Under the pieces are notes generated by a model. That model searched no databases. It had not been told where the DNA came from and worked only from the letters and a program-made list of their open reading frames with translations. 64,000 nucleotides of DNA, taken from NCBI GenBank assembly GCA_963702405.1, contig CAVPCM010000001.1, forward strand, positions 121,320-185,319, read 5' to 3'. Of the stretch, positions 32,351 through 42,003 are shown piece by piece. The stretch is from an uncultured Actinomycetota bacterium (GTDB lineage Bacteria; Actinomycetota; UBA4738; HRBIN12). Each line of letters begins with the position of its first letter. Position 1 is the stretch's first letter. Made by a program: the position numbers and the translations under genes.

Positions 32351-33172
32351 ATGAGGTGGGCTCTCGGAGCGCTGATCGTCGTCGGCGCGAGCGCGATCAT
32401 GATCGCCGCGATCCTCCGCGTGCGACGTCGCGCTCCCGACGGTGGGTACTTCAACGACGGCGACCGGGCGTCCGGCGTGTTCGGCGTCCTCGCAACGGGA
32501 TTCGCGCTGTTGCTCGGGTTCGTAGTCTTCCTCGCGTTCACCAAGTACGACGAGTCCCGGGCGGGAGCGGAAGCCGAGGCGCTCGCCGTGGTCCAGCTCT
32601 TCGAGACCGCCCAGCTGATGCCTACGGACGCCGGCGCCAAGCTGGCTGGCGAGGTCGAGTGCTACGGGCGATCCGTGGTGAACCTCGAATGGCCTGCGAT
32701 GGAAACCGGACGTGCATCCGAAACGATCAGCCCGTGGGGGCTGTCGATGTTCTACACGCTTCAGGCGGTCGAGCCGATGACCGCCGCCGAGCAGAGCGCA
32801 TACGACTCCTGGCTTGCTCAGACAAGCGCGAGAGAGGAGGCACGGCTCGATCGTCTCCACGCGGCCGAGGGGATCGTTCCCCTACCGATGTGGATCGTGC
32901 TGCTCCTGTCCGCTGGGTTGGTCCTCACGTACCTCCTCTTCTACGCCGACAGCGGTGAACGCGCCATGGCTCAGGGGATGCTCGCAGGCGGTCACCGCCG
33001 TGATCGTGGCGTCGCTGCTCGTCCTGTTGTCGCTGAACCGTCCCTACGACCCGGGCACCGGAGGGATCCGACCGGTTGCGATGCAACGGTTCTTGGACTC
33101 CTCGGGTCCGCCCGCGCCGCGCTCGACCTCGATCAGCCGCTCCCTTGCGACGCGTCGGCGCAACCGCTGTGA
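32351..33172 (+). CDS. DUF4239 (bestrophin-like) membrane protein (internal frameshifts)
   Basis: 'FGVLATGFALLLGFVVFLAF', 'YGRSVV..EWPAM', 'R..RL', 'LNRPY'. Confidence 0.75.
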   Translation: MRWALGALIVVGASAIMIAAILRVRRRAPDGGYFNDGDRASGVFGVLATGFALLLGFVVFLAFTKYDESRAGAEAEALAVVQLFETAQLMPTDAGAKLAGEVECYGRSVVNLEWPAMETGRASETISPWGLSMFYTLQAVEPMTAAEQSAYDSWLAQTSAREEARLDRLHAAEGIVPLPMWIVLLLSAGLVLTYLLFYADSGERAMAQGMLAGGHRRDRGVAARPVVAEPSLRPGHRRDPTGCDATVLGLLGSARAALDLDQPLPCDASAQPL

Positions 33173-33815
33173 GCGGACCGGCCGAAGAACGGTCGACAGC
33201 CGACAAGTGGATCGACACGATGGCGGCCGTGCTGTTGCGCTCGCGGCGGTCGCGACGGCGTGGAGCAGCTACCAAGCGAGTCGCTGGACGGGCGAGCAGG
33301 CGAAGGCGTTCGCCACGGCCAGCGCCTCGCGCGTCGAGTCCACCCGGTCATCGGACCTCGCGAACGCCCAGACGCAGATCGACGTCGCGGTGTTCATCCA
33401 ATGGGTCGATGCCCGCCTCCAGGGCGAGGCCGAAGTTCGCGGCGTTCTACGAGGAACGGTTCCGCGACGAGTTGAAGCCCGCCTTCCGCGCATGGCTCCG
33501 CACCGACCCGTTCGAGGATGCCTCGGCACCTCCCTCTCCGTTCGCGATGGACGAGTACCAACTGGCTGCGACGCAGGAAGCGGACGAGCTCTCCGCGACC
33601 GCCGAGGCGTTGGCCGAGCTGGCCCGGACATACATCCAGCGCGCGACCAACTACGTGCTCGGGGTGGTGTTGTTCGCGACCTCGCTGTTCTTCGCAGGGA
33701 TCAGCACGAAGCTCAACAGCACCGGCCTCCGGGGAGTATCCTGGGGGTCGGCTGCCTCGTGTCCGTTTCGGCTGCCGCGTGGATCGCGACGTTCCCGATC
33801 AGCCTCTCGATCTGA
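33169..33815 (+). CDS. Hypothetical membrane protein, paralog of 11991-12623 (frameshifted)
   Basis: 'VATAWSSYQASRW.G', 'AFRAWLRTDPF...APPSPF', 'NYVLGVVLFATSLFFAG'. Confidence 0.7.
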
Positions 33816-34404
33816 ATAGGGTTCGGCGGCTCATTCTGGCCAGGGTTTGGACCTGGAGGGGTCGGGCCGACGGCCCGACACCTGGTCGTCGAATCCTATG
33901 GTCAGCTCCAGCCTTGAGCTGCTTGGCCAGCTCGTCCGTGTTTGCGTCGATCGCATCGGACACGTAGCGGTTCTCCGCCTTGATGCTGGCGGCGACCTGG
34001 TCGGCCATGTTCGTCGCGTAGATCACGATCAGACCGGCCTCGCCGTTCTCCAGTACGGTACCGAGCTGCTTGAGATCGTCGTTGCTCATCCCGCCCTTGA
34101 TGTGCCCCGTGACCGCGCCGATCCCCGCGCCCACCGCGGCGCCCACGCCGAGTCCGATCCCCGGCAGGATCGCCGCCAGAGCACCGATGGCCAGACCCGT
34201 CCAGGCGCCGTGGCGCGTGGACGCCTCGTGCTTCTTGGCGACCTTGACCTTGCCGTCATCACCGCGCTCGAGGATCGCGGCATCGAATTCGTGCCCGACT
34301 CCCGCGTTCGCGTACAGCGCCTTCACGGCCTCGTAGTCGACCTCGGCATCGGAGACGCTGTCGTAGGACGATCCGAGGACCATCAACGTGTCCTTCTCGC
34401 TCAT
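33799..34404 (-). CDS. DUF1269-like protein (true stop probably near 33900)
   Basis: 'FDAAILERGDDGKVKV..HE..TRHGAW.G' and Gly-zipper 'GLGVGAAVGAGIGAVTG'; RBS GAGGAGG. Confidence 0.8.
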   Translation of the reverse strand: MSEKDTLMVLGSSYDSVSDAEVDYEAVKALYANAGVGHEFDAAILERGDDGKVKVAKKHEASTRHGAWTGLAIGALAAILPGIGLGVGAAVGAGIGAVTGHIKGGMSNDDLKQLGTVLENGEAGLIVIYATNMADQVAASIKAENRYVSDAIDANTDELAKQLKAGADHRIRRPGVGPSARPLQVQTLARMSRRTLFRSRG

Positions 34405-34417
34405 CCGTACCTCCTCG

Positions 34418-34812
34418 CTATTCCATCGTGATATCGCGTCCGTGCACGCTCAGTGCCCAGATGATGGTCACGTCAATCGCGAGCAGGACGATCGACCAGA
34501 TCGGGTATACCGGGATCCACGCGAAACTCACCAGCGCACTCACGCTCGCGATGATCACGCCGACCGTCCGTGCCCACACCGCGCCGCTGAAGAGGCCGAA
34601 CCCGGCGAGTACGACGATGATGCCCCCGATGAGGTGGATCCATCCCCACGTGGTGACATCGAACTTCAACACGTAGTTGGGCAGGACCGCATAGAAGTCG
34701 TCCTGGATGATGCCGGACAGGCCCGCGAGCCCATGGAAGAACCCGATCATCATCATCATGATCCCTGCGAACATGGTCAACCCGCCGCCGCGCTACTGCG
34801 CTGTTGCGCCAT
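34418..34812 (-). CDS. DUF7144-like 4-TM membrane protein (5' frameshift)
   Basis: 'FAGIMMMMIG', 'WGWIHLIGG', 'WARTVGV', 'PVYPIWS', 'IIWALSVHGRD'. Confidence 0.8.
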
Positions 34813-34869
34813 ACGTTAAGCTTCCTTTCCTCTCTGTCGGTATCGAACCCCCACGTCGTCGAGGCTGCA

Positions 34870-34886
34870 TCACCCAGAGAGGGTGA
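34870..34886 (-). promoter_or_regulatory. Palindrome box TCACCC-AGAGA-GGGTGA
   Basis: Perfect match in a divergent intergenic region. Confidence 0.85.
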
Positions 34887-34901
34887 AACTCGGATCGCCT
34901 A

Positions 34902-34918
34902 TCACTCGATGTGGATGA
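34902..34918 (+). promoter_or_regulatory. Palindrome box TCACTC-GATGT-GGATGA
   Basis: One mismatch; the hexamer CATCCT ends 28 nt downstream (34941-34946). Confidence 0.75.
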
Positions 34919-35005
34919 CGACACCCTAGGGACAGAGGGTCATCCTCCGTGGGAAAACCGACCGAGGGCTCATGAGGCGCGGCCGCACGCACTCAAGGGG
35001 ACGGG

Positions 35006-35737
35006 ATGGCAGATGCATTCGGTTGGGGCATGGTGGCGGCGTCTTCGCTCGTGATCGGCGCCATCGTCGCGCTCCTCTTCCGGATCGGACTGCGGACGAT
35101 CGGACTGATCATGGCCTTCGGTGCAGGCGTGCTGATCAGCGCGGTCGCCTTCGATCTGGTCGAAGAGGCGTCGGGGATGTCGTCCGGCAACGGATGGGGC
35201 ATCGGGGGCCTCTTCGCGGGCTGCGCGGTCTTCTTCGTTGGTGACTGGCTGATCGGCCGTGCCGGGGGCAGCGAACGGAAGGATGCGAGAGGCGGTCAAG
35301 AGAGCGGCTCCTCGCTCGCGATCGTGCTCGGCACGGTGCTCGACGGTGTTCCGGAGTCGATGGTGATCGGCCTGACCATCTTCAAGGGCGGGGCCGTGGG
35401 CGCCGCCTATCTGATCGCGGTGTTCATCTCCAACCTGCCCGAATCGATCTCGTCGACAAGCGGTCTGCTCGCGAGCGGCTGGAAGAAGGCGATGGTCCTA
35501 TGGATGTGGATCGGGATCGCGATCGTCTCAGGGCTCGCGTCGCTCGCCGGCTACGTGCTGTTCCAGCATTCGTCTCCGGACGTCGTCGCATTCGTACTCA
35601 CGTTCGCGGCCGGAGCGATCCTCACGATGCTCGCGAACACGATGATGCCCGAGGCCTACGAGCACGGGGGCAAGTGGGTCGGGGTCGCGACGACGATCGG
35701 CTTCGGCGTCGCGTTCACGATCCACGTCCTCGACTAG
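35006..35737 (+). CDS. ZIP family metal transporter
   Basis: 'MAFGAGVLISA', 'LDGVPES', 'FISNLPES', 'MMPEAYE'. Confidence 0.85.
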   Translation: MADAFGWGMVAASSLVIGAIVALLFRIGLRTIGLIMAFGAGVLISAVAFDLVEEASGMSSGNGWGIGGLFAGCAVFFVGDWLIGRAGGSERKDARGGQESGSSLAIVLGTVLDGVPESMVIGLTIFKGGAVGAAYLIAVFISNLPESISSTSGLLASGWKKAMVLWMWIGIAIVSGLASLAGYVLFQHSSPDVVAFVLTFAAGAILTMLANTMMPEAYEHGGKWVGVATTIGFGVAFTIHVLD

Positions 35738-35759
35738 CATCGGCCGCGAGCGCCGATCT

Positions 35760-35775
35760 TCATGTGTCTGGGTGA
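35760..35775 (+). promoter_or_regulatory. Degenerate palindrome box TCATGT-GTCT-GGGTGA
   Basis: Right half plus the TG extension is perfect; GAAGAT ends at +28; upstream of the AI-2E gene. Confidence 0.5.
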
Positions 35776-35847
35776 TGACCGTCGAGGGTCGATGCTCGAA
35801 GATCCACCGAGCCTTCGAGGCTCGAGTACCCGATGGAGCTGATGATC

Positions 35848-37000
35848 ATGGCTGAAGGATCCGCCAGAACAACCCATCCCGAGGAACGTGGCGAGCTCGA
35901 TGCGGAGCCGCGCCCCCGGGCGGTGCCTCGGATCGCCGTTCCCAAGGTCGGGGTCTTAGCATGGAGCTTCATCGGGGTCGTGGTGGCGACAGGTATCGTG
36001 GTCACCGCACTGTCGGCGGTGAGCGAGATCATCCTCCCATTACTGTTCGCGGCCGTACTCGCCGTGATCTTCAAACCTCTGGTCGGGAGGCTCACACGCC
36101 ATCGGTTGAAACCTTCCCTGGCGGCAGGGTTGGTCGTCCTCGGACTGCTCGTCCTGATGACCTTCGTCGTGGTCGCAACCGTGAGGGGGATCGTCGATCA
36201 GACGGATGAGATCGGTGCCTCGGTCGATGCCGCGATCGACAATGCGTCCGACGAGTTCAACGTCGATCCGGATTCCCTGAACGATGCCAAGGCCGCGACC
36301 CAGGAGGCCGGCCCCATGATCGCCGAAGGCGTCCTCACGGCGTTCGTGTCCGGGGTCAACTCGCTGCTCGGCCTGGTCAGCGGCCTGATCCTCGGCGCAC
36401 TCATCATGTTCTACCTGCTCAAGGACGGCACCGCGCTGCGCCGCAACATCGTCGCGACGATCGACCCCTCGATCCGGGACGAGGTCAACGATTTCATCGG
36501 GGATGCGTGCCGGATCCTCCGCGACTACGGGCGAGGTCGCACCGTCATGTCCGCCGTCGTCGTCGGTGGTCGTCGGCCTCGCGAGCCTCCTGCTCGGCCT
36601 CCCACTCGTGCTCACCATCGTCGTCGTGAACTTCATCGGTGGCTACATCCCCTACATCGGCGCCTTCCTGGGTGGCGGGCTGGCCGTGATCGTCGCCTGG
36701 GGCGACGGGGGGCTCGGCGTGGCCGCCCTCATGCTCGTGATCGTGCTCGCGTCGAACCTGCTGCTGGAGAACCTCGTGGAGCCCAGGGTGATGGGCAGCA
36801 CCCTCGACATCCACCCGGTGGTCGTGCTCATCGTCACGGCGTTGGGGGGCTTCCTCGCCGGCATCGTCGGCCTCATCCTGGCGGTGCCGTTCACGGTGAT
36901 CGCCGCCAACGCGATCGGCCGTCTCCGATCGAGAGGTTTCTTCAGGGTGGTGGCCGACCGAGCCGAGCCGACGGTGCGAGGCATGCTCGATCGGACCTGA
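35848..37000 (+). CDS. AI-2E family transporter (frameshift near 36565)
   Basis: 'PLLFAAVLAVIFKPLV', 'FYLLKDG', 'YIPYIGA', 'ENLVEPRVMG..LDIHP', 'GLILAVP'. Confidence 0.85.
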
Positions 37001-37219
37001 CGGGGAGATCGTGCATGTACGAGGGACGGAGATGACGGGCCGCTCAGGCACCAGCGAGGCTCGCGAGCACATCGCCCGACTCCGAACTGGTGGGAACGGC
37101 TGCTATCTGAGCGGCGGGACCGGGAGTTCGAGGCCGTGTCCGCCTCACCGTGACCTGCCCTCAGTGCGTGTGTGCGATCGCTGGTCGTCTTGAGGCTGCT
37201 TGGCGCAGAAGTCGCGTTT

Positions 37220-37236
37220 TCATCCGAACGGGGTGA
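37220..37236 (+). promoter_or_regulatory. Palindrome box TCATCC-GAACG-GGGTGA with -10 TAGCGT (37259-37264)
   Basis: Perfect match; TANNNT ends 28 nt downstream. Confidence 0.85.
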
Positions 37237-37336
37237 TGAGGACCGGCTCCCTGGCGCGTAGCGTCTGGTCCTTCGAGCAGCCCAACGTGGTTGACCGATC
37301 CGCCACGCCGAGCGGCGCGACGGACGGAGGGAGCGC

Positions 37337-37695
37337 ATGACGTTCGAGGAGTGGATGGAAAGAGTCGTCCACGGCTTCGAGATCGTCGGGGTGGCGATCC
37401 TGGTTGCAGGCTCGATCGCCGCGCTTGCGGGATATGTCCTCGCGGCGGCGCGCGGACGGCGCGAAGGAGCGTTCGAACGCGTTCGTCAGGCGATCGGTCG
37501 AGCGATCCTGCTGGGACTCGAGGTCCTGATCATCGCCGACATCGTGCTCACGATCACGGTCGACACGACGCTCGAAAGCGCCATGACGTTGGGACTGGTC
37601 GTGCTTGTCCGGACGTTCCTCCTTCTCCCTCGTGATCGAGCTCGAGGGGACCCTCCCCTGGCGTGCAGGCAAGCGCGCCGACCGACCCACGGTGA
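37337..37695 (+). CDS. DUF1622 membrane protein (frameshift near 37620; end uncertain)
   Basis: 'R..IGRAILLGLEVLIIADIVLTI', 'LGLVVLVRTFL/SFSL.IELEG.LPW'. Confidence 0.8.
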
Positions 37696-38324
37696 CATCG
37701 ATCCTGGTCACCGCGGGCAGGTCGGACCGCCTCATGTCGATGCGGATGTTCCCGAGCCCTCGCCGCGCCCTCCGATTCGGAGTCGGCGGCGCTCTGATCT
37801 TCGGCAGCTTCGTCGAGGCGAAGGGTGGGCGGCTTCCCGTGTACGAAGAGCGGGTCTTCCGTGGCGTGAACGGGGCCAGCGACCGGATCCGTGTCCCCGT
37901 CCGGATCATCATGCAGGCGGGGACGTTCGCGACGGTCCCAGCCGTCGCCGCGGTGGCGCTCCTGTCGGGTCGCCGGCGCCTGGCGATGTCGCTCCTGGCT
38001 TCGGGGACGGTCGCCTGGCTGGGTGCGAAAGCGGCGAAGCCGCTCGGAGGGAGGGCACGACCCGAGGCAGTGCTCGGCGACGTGCGCGTTCGCGAAGGGA
38101 TCACGGGCGACCTGGGTTGGGTCTCAGGGCACATGGCCGTCGCGACCACCCTCGCCTTCGTCGGCGGGGAGGCCGTGCCGCGCTGGGTTCGCCCTTTGCT
38201 GCTCGCGGTCGCCGCGATCACAGGGTACGGGCGGATGTACGTCGGCGCCCACCTCCCCCACGATGTGGTTGGTGGTGCGGGGCTCGGCATGATGATCTCC
38301 GCGCTCGTGCCGCCTCAGGAGTAG
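37692..38324 (+). CDS. PAP2 family phosphatase (start uncertain)
   Basis: C1 'KPLGGRARP', C2 'VSGH', C3 'GRMYVGAHLPHDVVGG'. Confidence 0.8.
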   Translation: MTSILVTAGRSDRLMSMRMFPSPRRALRFGVGGALIFGSFVEAKGGRLPVYEERVFRGVNGASDRIRVPVRIIMQAGTFATVPAVAAVALLSGRRRLAMSLLASGTVAWLGAKAAKPLGGRARPEAVLGDVRVREGITGDLGWVSGHMAVATTLAFVGGEAVPRWVRPLLLAVAAITGYGRMYVGAHLPHDVVGGAGLGMMISALVPPQE

Positions 38325-38325
38325 C

Positions 38326-39978
38326 GTGCCCCTGATGTCTGAGGACGGCGCGCTCTCGGGGGTGGCTCAGAAGGCTGGTCGTCGCCGACGACCTTCGGGT
38401 GAGCCGCCACCGCTCGTGCGCGGGATCGGCTGGCTGCGGTGGGCATGGGGCCTGCTCGGCGTCGTGCTCCTCGGCGTCATCCTGGCGATCGGCGAGGCGA
38501 CCGATGCCGTGACCGGCGTCGATCGAGCGGTCACCGACGCCGCAGCCGATCTACGAACGCCGACACTCGTCGACGTCGCGAAGGCGGTGGAAGTCCTCAT
38601 CGCCGTGCCATTGATCATGGTCCTGCGATCGGGAACGGTCCTCGCACTCGCGGTCCTCGGGCGCTTCCGACACCTCGTGGTGTTCCTCACGACGTTCGTG
38701 GTCACGGACTGGGTGGTTGCCCGAGCGCTCCACGTGGAGCTGGCACCCCCCGACGTGCCGGTGCTCGCCGACGCCGGAACGTACGCGTTCCCGTCCCTGT
38801 CGATCGCGGCGCTCGCGATCACCCTCGTCGGCATCTCGCTCGTGCTCGTGCCACGCGGGGCCGCTCGGGGGACCGCCACATGGCTCCTGCATGGGGCTCT
38901 GTTCGTGGTCGTCGTGGCCGAGCTGATCCTGGCGACCGACTACGTCATCCCGATGGGCTTCTCGTGGGTGTTCGCCACCGTCCTCGCCGGGGCGGCATTC
39001 CGGACGTTCGTGCCGGAGGACGTCTTCCCGGTGACGCTGCGGCGCGGGGGGAATGCGGCGCATCTCGACCTCGGCGGCGAGCGCGGGGAAGCGATCGTCC
39101 GGGCCATGCGCGACCAGCTCGGGCTGACCGTGACGAACGTCGAGCCGTTCGGCTTGGAGGGCTCTGGGGGGTCCTCACCGCTGCGGATGACCTTGGATGA
39201 CGGCACCCGAGTCTTCGCGAAGGTGTACTCCACCAGTCATGCGCGCGCGGACCGTTGGTATCGCGTGATCCGGGAAGTCCTGTATGGCCAACTGGAGGAC
39301 GAGACACCGATGGGCTCGGTGCGGCGGCTCGTGACCTACGAGGACTATGCGCTGCGCTCCCTCCGCGACGCAGGGGTCGGCGTCGCGCGAACCTACGGCG
39401 TCGTCGAGCTGACGCCGAACCGCGAGTACATGCTCGTCACGGAGTTCTTCGAGGGAGGCCGGAATCTGAGCGACTCGGACGTGGACGACACCGTGATCGA
39501 CGGGGGCCTCGATCTCGTGCGGCGTCTCTGGGACACGGGATTCGCCCACCGCGATCTGAAGCCTGCGAACCTCCTGGTCGTCGGTGGCCACTTACAGCTC
39601 GTGGACGTCTCGGCTCTGGAGGTGCGGCCGTCGCCGTGGCGCCAGGCCGTCGACCTGGCGAACATGATGCTCTGCCTCGCGTTACGCAGCGATGCGGATC
39701 GGGTGTACGCGCGCGCGGCGTCGGTCTTCACGCCCGATGAGGTCGCGGAAGGGTTCGCCAGCGCCGTGGGGCTCGCGATCCCGACGGAGCTCGCGGAGAA
39801 GCTGAAGGCCGATGGGCGTCCGCTGATCGATCGGTTCAAACAGCTGGCGCCCGCTCGCGAGCCGGTCTCGATCCAGCGATGGAGCCCACGTCGAGCCGCG
39901 CTCACCGCGGCCGTCGGCACGGGGGTCCTCGTCCTGGCCTGGATGCTCGTGGATTCCGTGCGGGCAGGTCTGACCTAG
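38326..39978 (+). CDS. Membrane protein with a degenerate PAP2-like TM region fused to a protein-kinase-like (RIO1/APH-like) domain
   Basis: 'GSGGSSP', 'VFAKVY', 'LVTEFF', 'AHRDLKPANLL', 'LVDV'; N-terminal 'YAFPS' lacks the PAP2 catalytic His. Confidence 0.75.
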   Translation: MPLMSEDGALSGVAQKAGRRRRPSGEPPPLVRGIGWLRWAWGLLGVVLLGVILAIGEATDAVTGVDRAVTDAAADLRTPTLVDVAKAVEVLIAVPLIMVLRSGTVLALAVLGRFRHLVVFLTTFVVTDWVVARALHVELAPPDVPVLADAGTYAFPSLSIAALAITLVGISLVLVPRGAARGTATWLLHGALFVVVVAELILATDYVIPMGFSWVFATVLAGAAFRTFVPEDVFPVTLRRGGNAAHLDLGGERGEAIVRAMRDQLGLTVTNVEPFGLEGSGGSSPLRMTLDDGTRVFAKVYSTSHARADRWYRVIREVLYGQLEDETPMGSVRRLVTYEDYALRSLRDAGVGVARTYGVVELTPNREYMLVTEFFEGGRNLSDSDVDDTVIDGGLDLVRRLWDTGFAHRDLKPANLLVVGGHLQLVDVSALEVRPSPWRQAVDLANMMLCLALRSDADRVYARAASVFTPDEVAEGFASAVGLAIPTELAEKLKADGRPLIDRFKQLAPAREPVSIQRWSPRRAALTAAVGTGVLVLAWMLVDSVRAGLT

Positions 39979-40949
39979 GTCTCCGTCGGCTCACGGATCA
40001 CGCAGCGGAAGCCGATGTGACCCGTGGAGCTGTCGACGGCCTCTCCCTGGCGAGCGGCCGGCCGGTAGCGCAGGCAGTAGTTCGGGGCACAGAGGTGCGA
40101 TCCACCCTTCGTCACTCTGCGCGGGATATGCGCTCCCGCCTCGTCGGACCCATAGCTCTCGTCGGGCGACGTCACCCTCGGGTTCCTCGGCGCGCAACAC
40201 GGGGACTCCACCTCGTCCGGGTGCGTCGAATAGAAGTCGCTCGTCCATTCCCACACGTTGCCAGCCATGTCGAAGAGGCCGTAGCCGTTCGGGGGAAACG
40301 TCCCGACAGGCGACGTTCCCTCATACTTATCGAGCTGGAGGTTCTGCCAGGGGAACTCCCCTTGCCACGTGTTGGCCATCATCTTGTTCTTCGGGGCGAA
40401 CTCGTCCCCCCACACGAACGTCTTCGCCTCGAGCCCTCCACGAGCCGCGAACTCCCACTCGGCTTCGGTGGGAAGCTCCTTGCCTGCCCACGTCGCGTAC
40501 GCCTCGGCGTCCTGGTACGCGACCTGGGTCACGGGGTGTCGATCACGGCCGTGCAGGGTGCTGGCCGGACCCTCCGGGTGCGTCCAGGAGGCACCCTGCA
40601 CGTACTCCCACCAGTTGCGGTAATCGCGCAGATCGACCGGTGCGGTCGCCTTCCGGAAGACCAGCGCTCCAGGTATGAGCAAGGCGGGGTCGGCTTCCGG
40701 GTACTGCGCAGCGTCGAGCGGTCGCTCGGCTAGCGTCACATATCCCGTCGCCTTCACGAATCGTCGGAACTCCGCGACCGTCACCGTATGCTCGTCGATC
40801 CAGAATCCGTCGACGCCACATCGTGAACAGGACGTTCCTCCAGATAGAAGTTCTCGGACCCCATCCGGAACGTGCCACCGGGGATCCATCGCATGTGTCT
40901 GGCAGGCGGAGCCGTCGGGCCGCTCGGACATCCTCAGTGGTTCCGTCAT
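39975..40949 (-). CDS. Formylglycine-generating enzyme (sulfatase-modifying factor); compensating frameshifts in 5' part
   Basis: 'LPTEAEWEFAARGG', 'YGLFDMAGNVWEW', 'KGGSHLCAPNYCLRYRPAAR', 'HIGFRC'. Confidence 0.9.
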   Translation of the reverse strand: MTEPLRMSERPDGSACQTHAMDPRWHVPDGVRELLSGGTSCSRCGVDGFWIDEHTVTVAEFRRFVKATGYVTLAERPLDAAQYPEADPALLIPGALVFRKATAPVDLRDYRNWWEYVQGASWTHPEGPASTLHGRDRHPVTQVAYQDAEAYATWAGKELPTEAEWEFAARGGLEAKTFVWGDEFAPKNKMMANTWQGEFPWQNLQLDKYEGTSPVGTFPPNGYGLFDMAGNVWEWTSDFYSTHPDEVESPCCAPRNPRVTSPDESYGSDEAGAHIPRRVTKGGSHLCAPNYCLRYRPAARQGEAVDSSTGHIGFRCVIREPTET

Positions 40950-41085
40950 CGAACCTTCATCCTCGTTTCGGGCGTCCCCAACGATAGCCACCTCTCCCCG
41001 AGGTGATCGCCGGTGATGCAGGCGCTGCAGAGCCGCGATCGCCTCATCGGGTTCGGATGGATCCCGGCCATATGGCGTCTGCGGA

Positions 41086-41996
41086 TCAGAAGACGGTGGC
41101 CCAGTCGCCCGCGATGCTGACGATGGTCCATCCATCTGCTCGGGCCTTCTCCAACGACTGCTCGGCTCCGGTCGTGTACACGAACTCTCTATCAGAGTCA
41201 TCGTGAAGGACGAGGAGTCGCATCGATGGCTTGTGTCGGTGTTGCGTGAAGTCGAGCATCGGGATGTCGCCGTTCGAGTTGCCAGCGGCCAGTAGCGGCC
41301 TGCGGCCTGTACGACTCCAGATGCGGATCGGTTTCTGTGGCCCGTCGTCGAGATACTCCGGCTCAGCCGTGTGAGTGATCGTGCCACCGTGGTCGTCGCT
41401 CGTGTAGGCGAGCTCGGCCGTGCTGCCGATCACGCCCTCGCGGGGGATACCATAGAGTTCCTGGCTGATCGGTCGCATGAAGTCGCGACCGCCGCCGGAA
41501 ACGATGTAGTTCTTGAACCCGTTCGCCCGCAGGTAGTCGAGCAACTCGACCATCGGCGCGTAGGCGCACTCGAGATAGCTTCGGCCGAGGGTCGGATGCT
41601 GTGCGCTCCGAAGGAATCCGCCGGCCTGCGCTTCGAAGTCCTCGACGCTCATCCCCGCGTATGCCGCCAGGATGCCTGCCCCGAGCACCTTGACGTTCGT
41701 GTCATCGCCCGCATAGTGCTCGGCCACGACAGCACCCAGCCACGCGTAGTCACGTTCGTGGGCTGCTTTCCAGGGCTGTCGCTCACGCAGCTTGGGTCTT
41801 CCTCGGCCATCTCCGCGAGCCGGCGGAGGATGAAATCGAGCTGGATCGGCATCGGCTTCTCGCACCACAGGGTGCCGTCGTTATCGAACACGGCGGTGCG
41901 CTCTTCCGGCGACACGTTGCTTGCCGCGTTCTCGACGAAGTCGACGATCGCGCTCTTAGAGTCGCCGTCCTTCCAGAGAGAGAGTGGGTCTTCCAC
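41086..41996 (-). CDS. HAD family phosphatase, copy 1 (frameshift near 41790)
   Basis: 'VFDNDGTLWCEKP', 'YIVSGGG', 'AGNSNGD'. Confidence 0.85.
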
Positions 41997-42003
41997 TCTC
42001 GCC

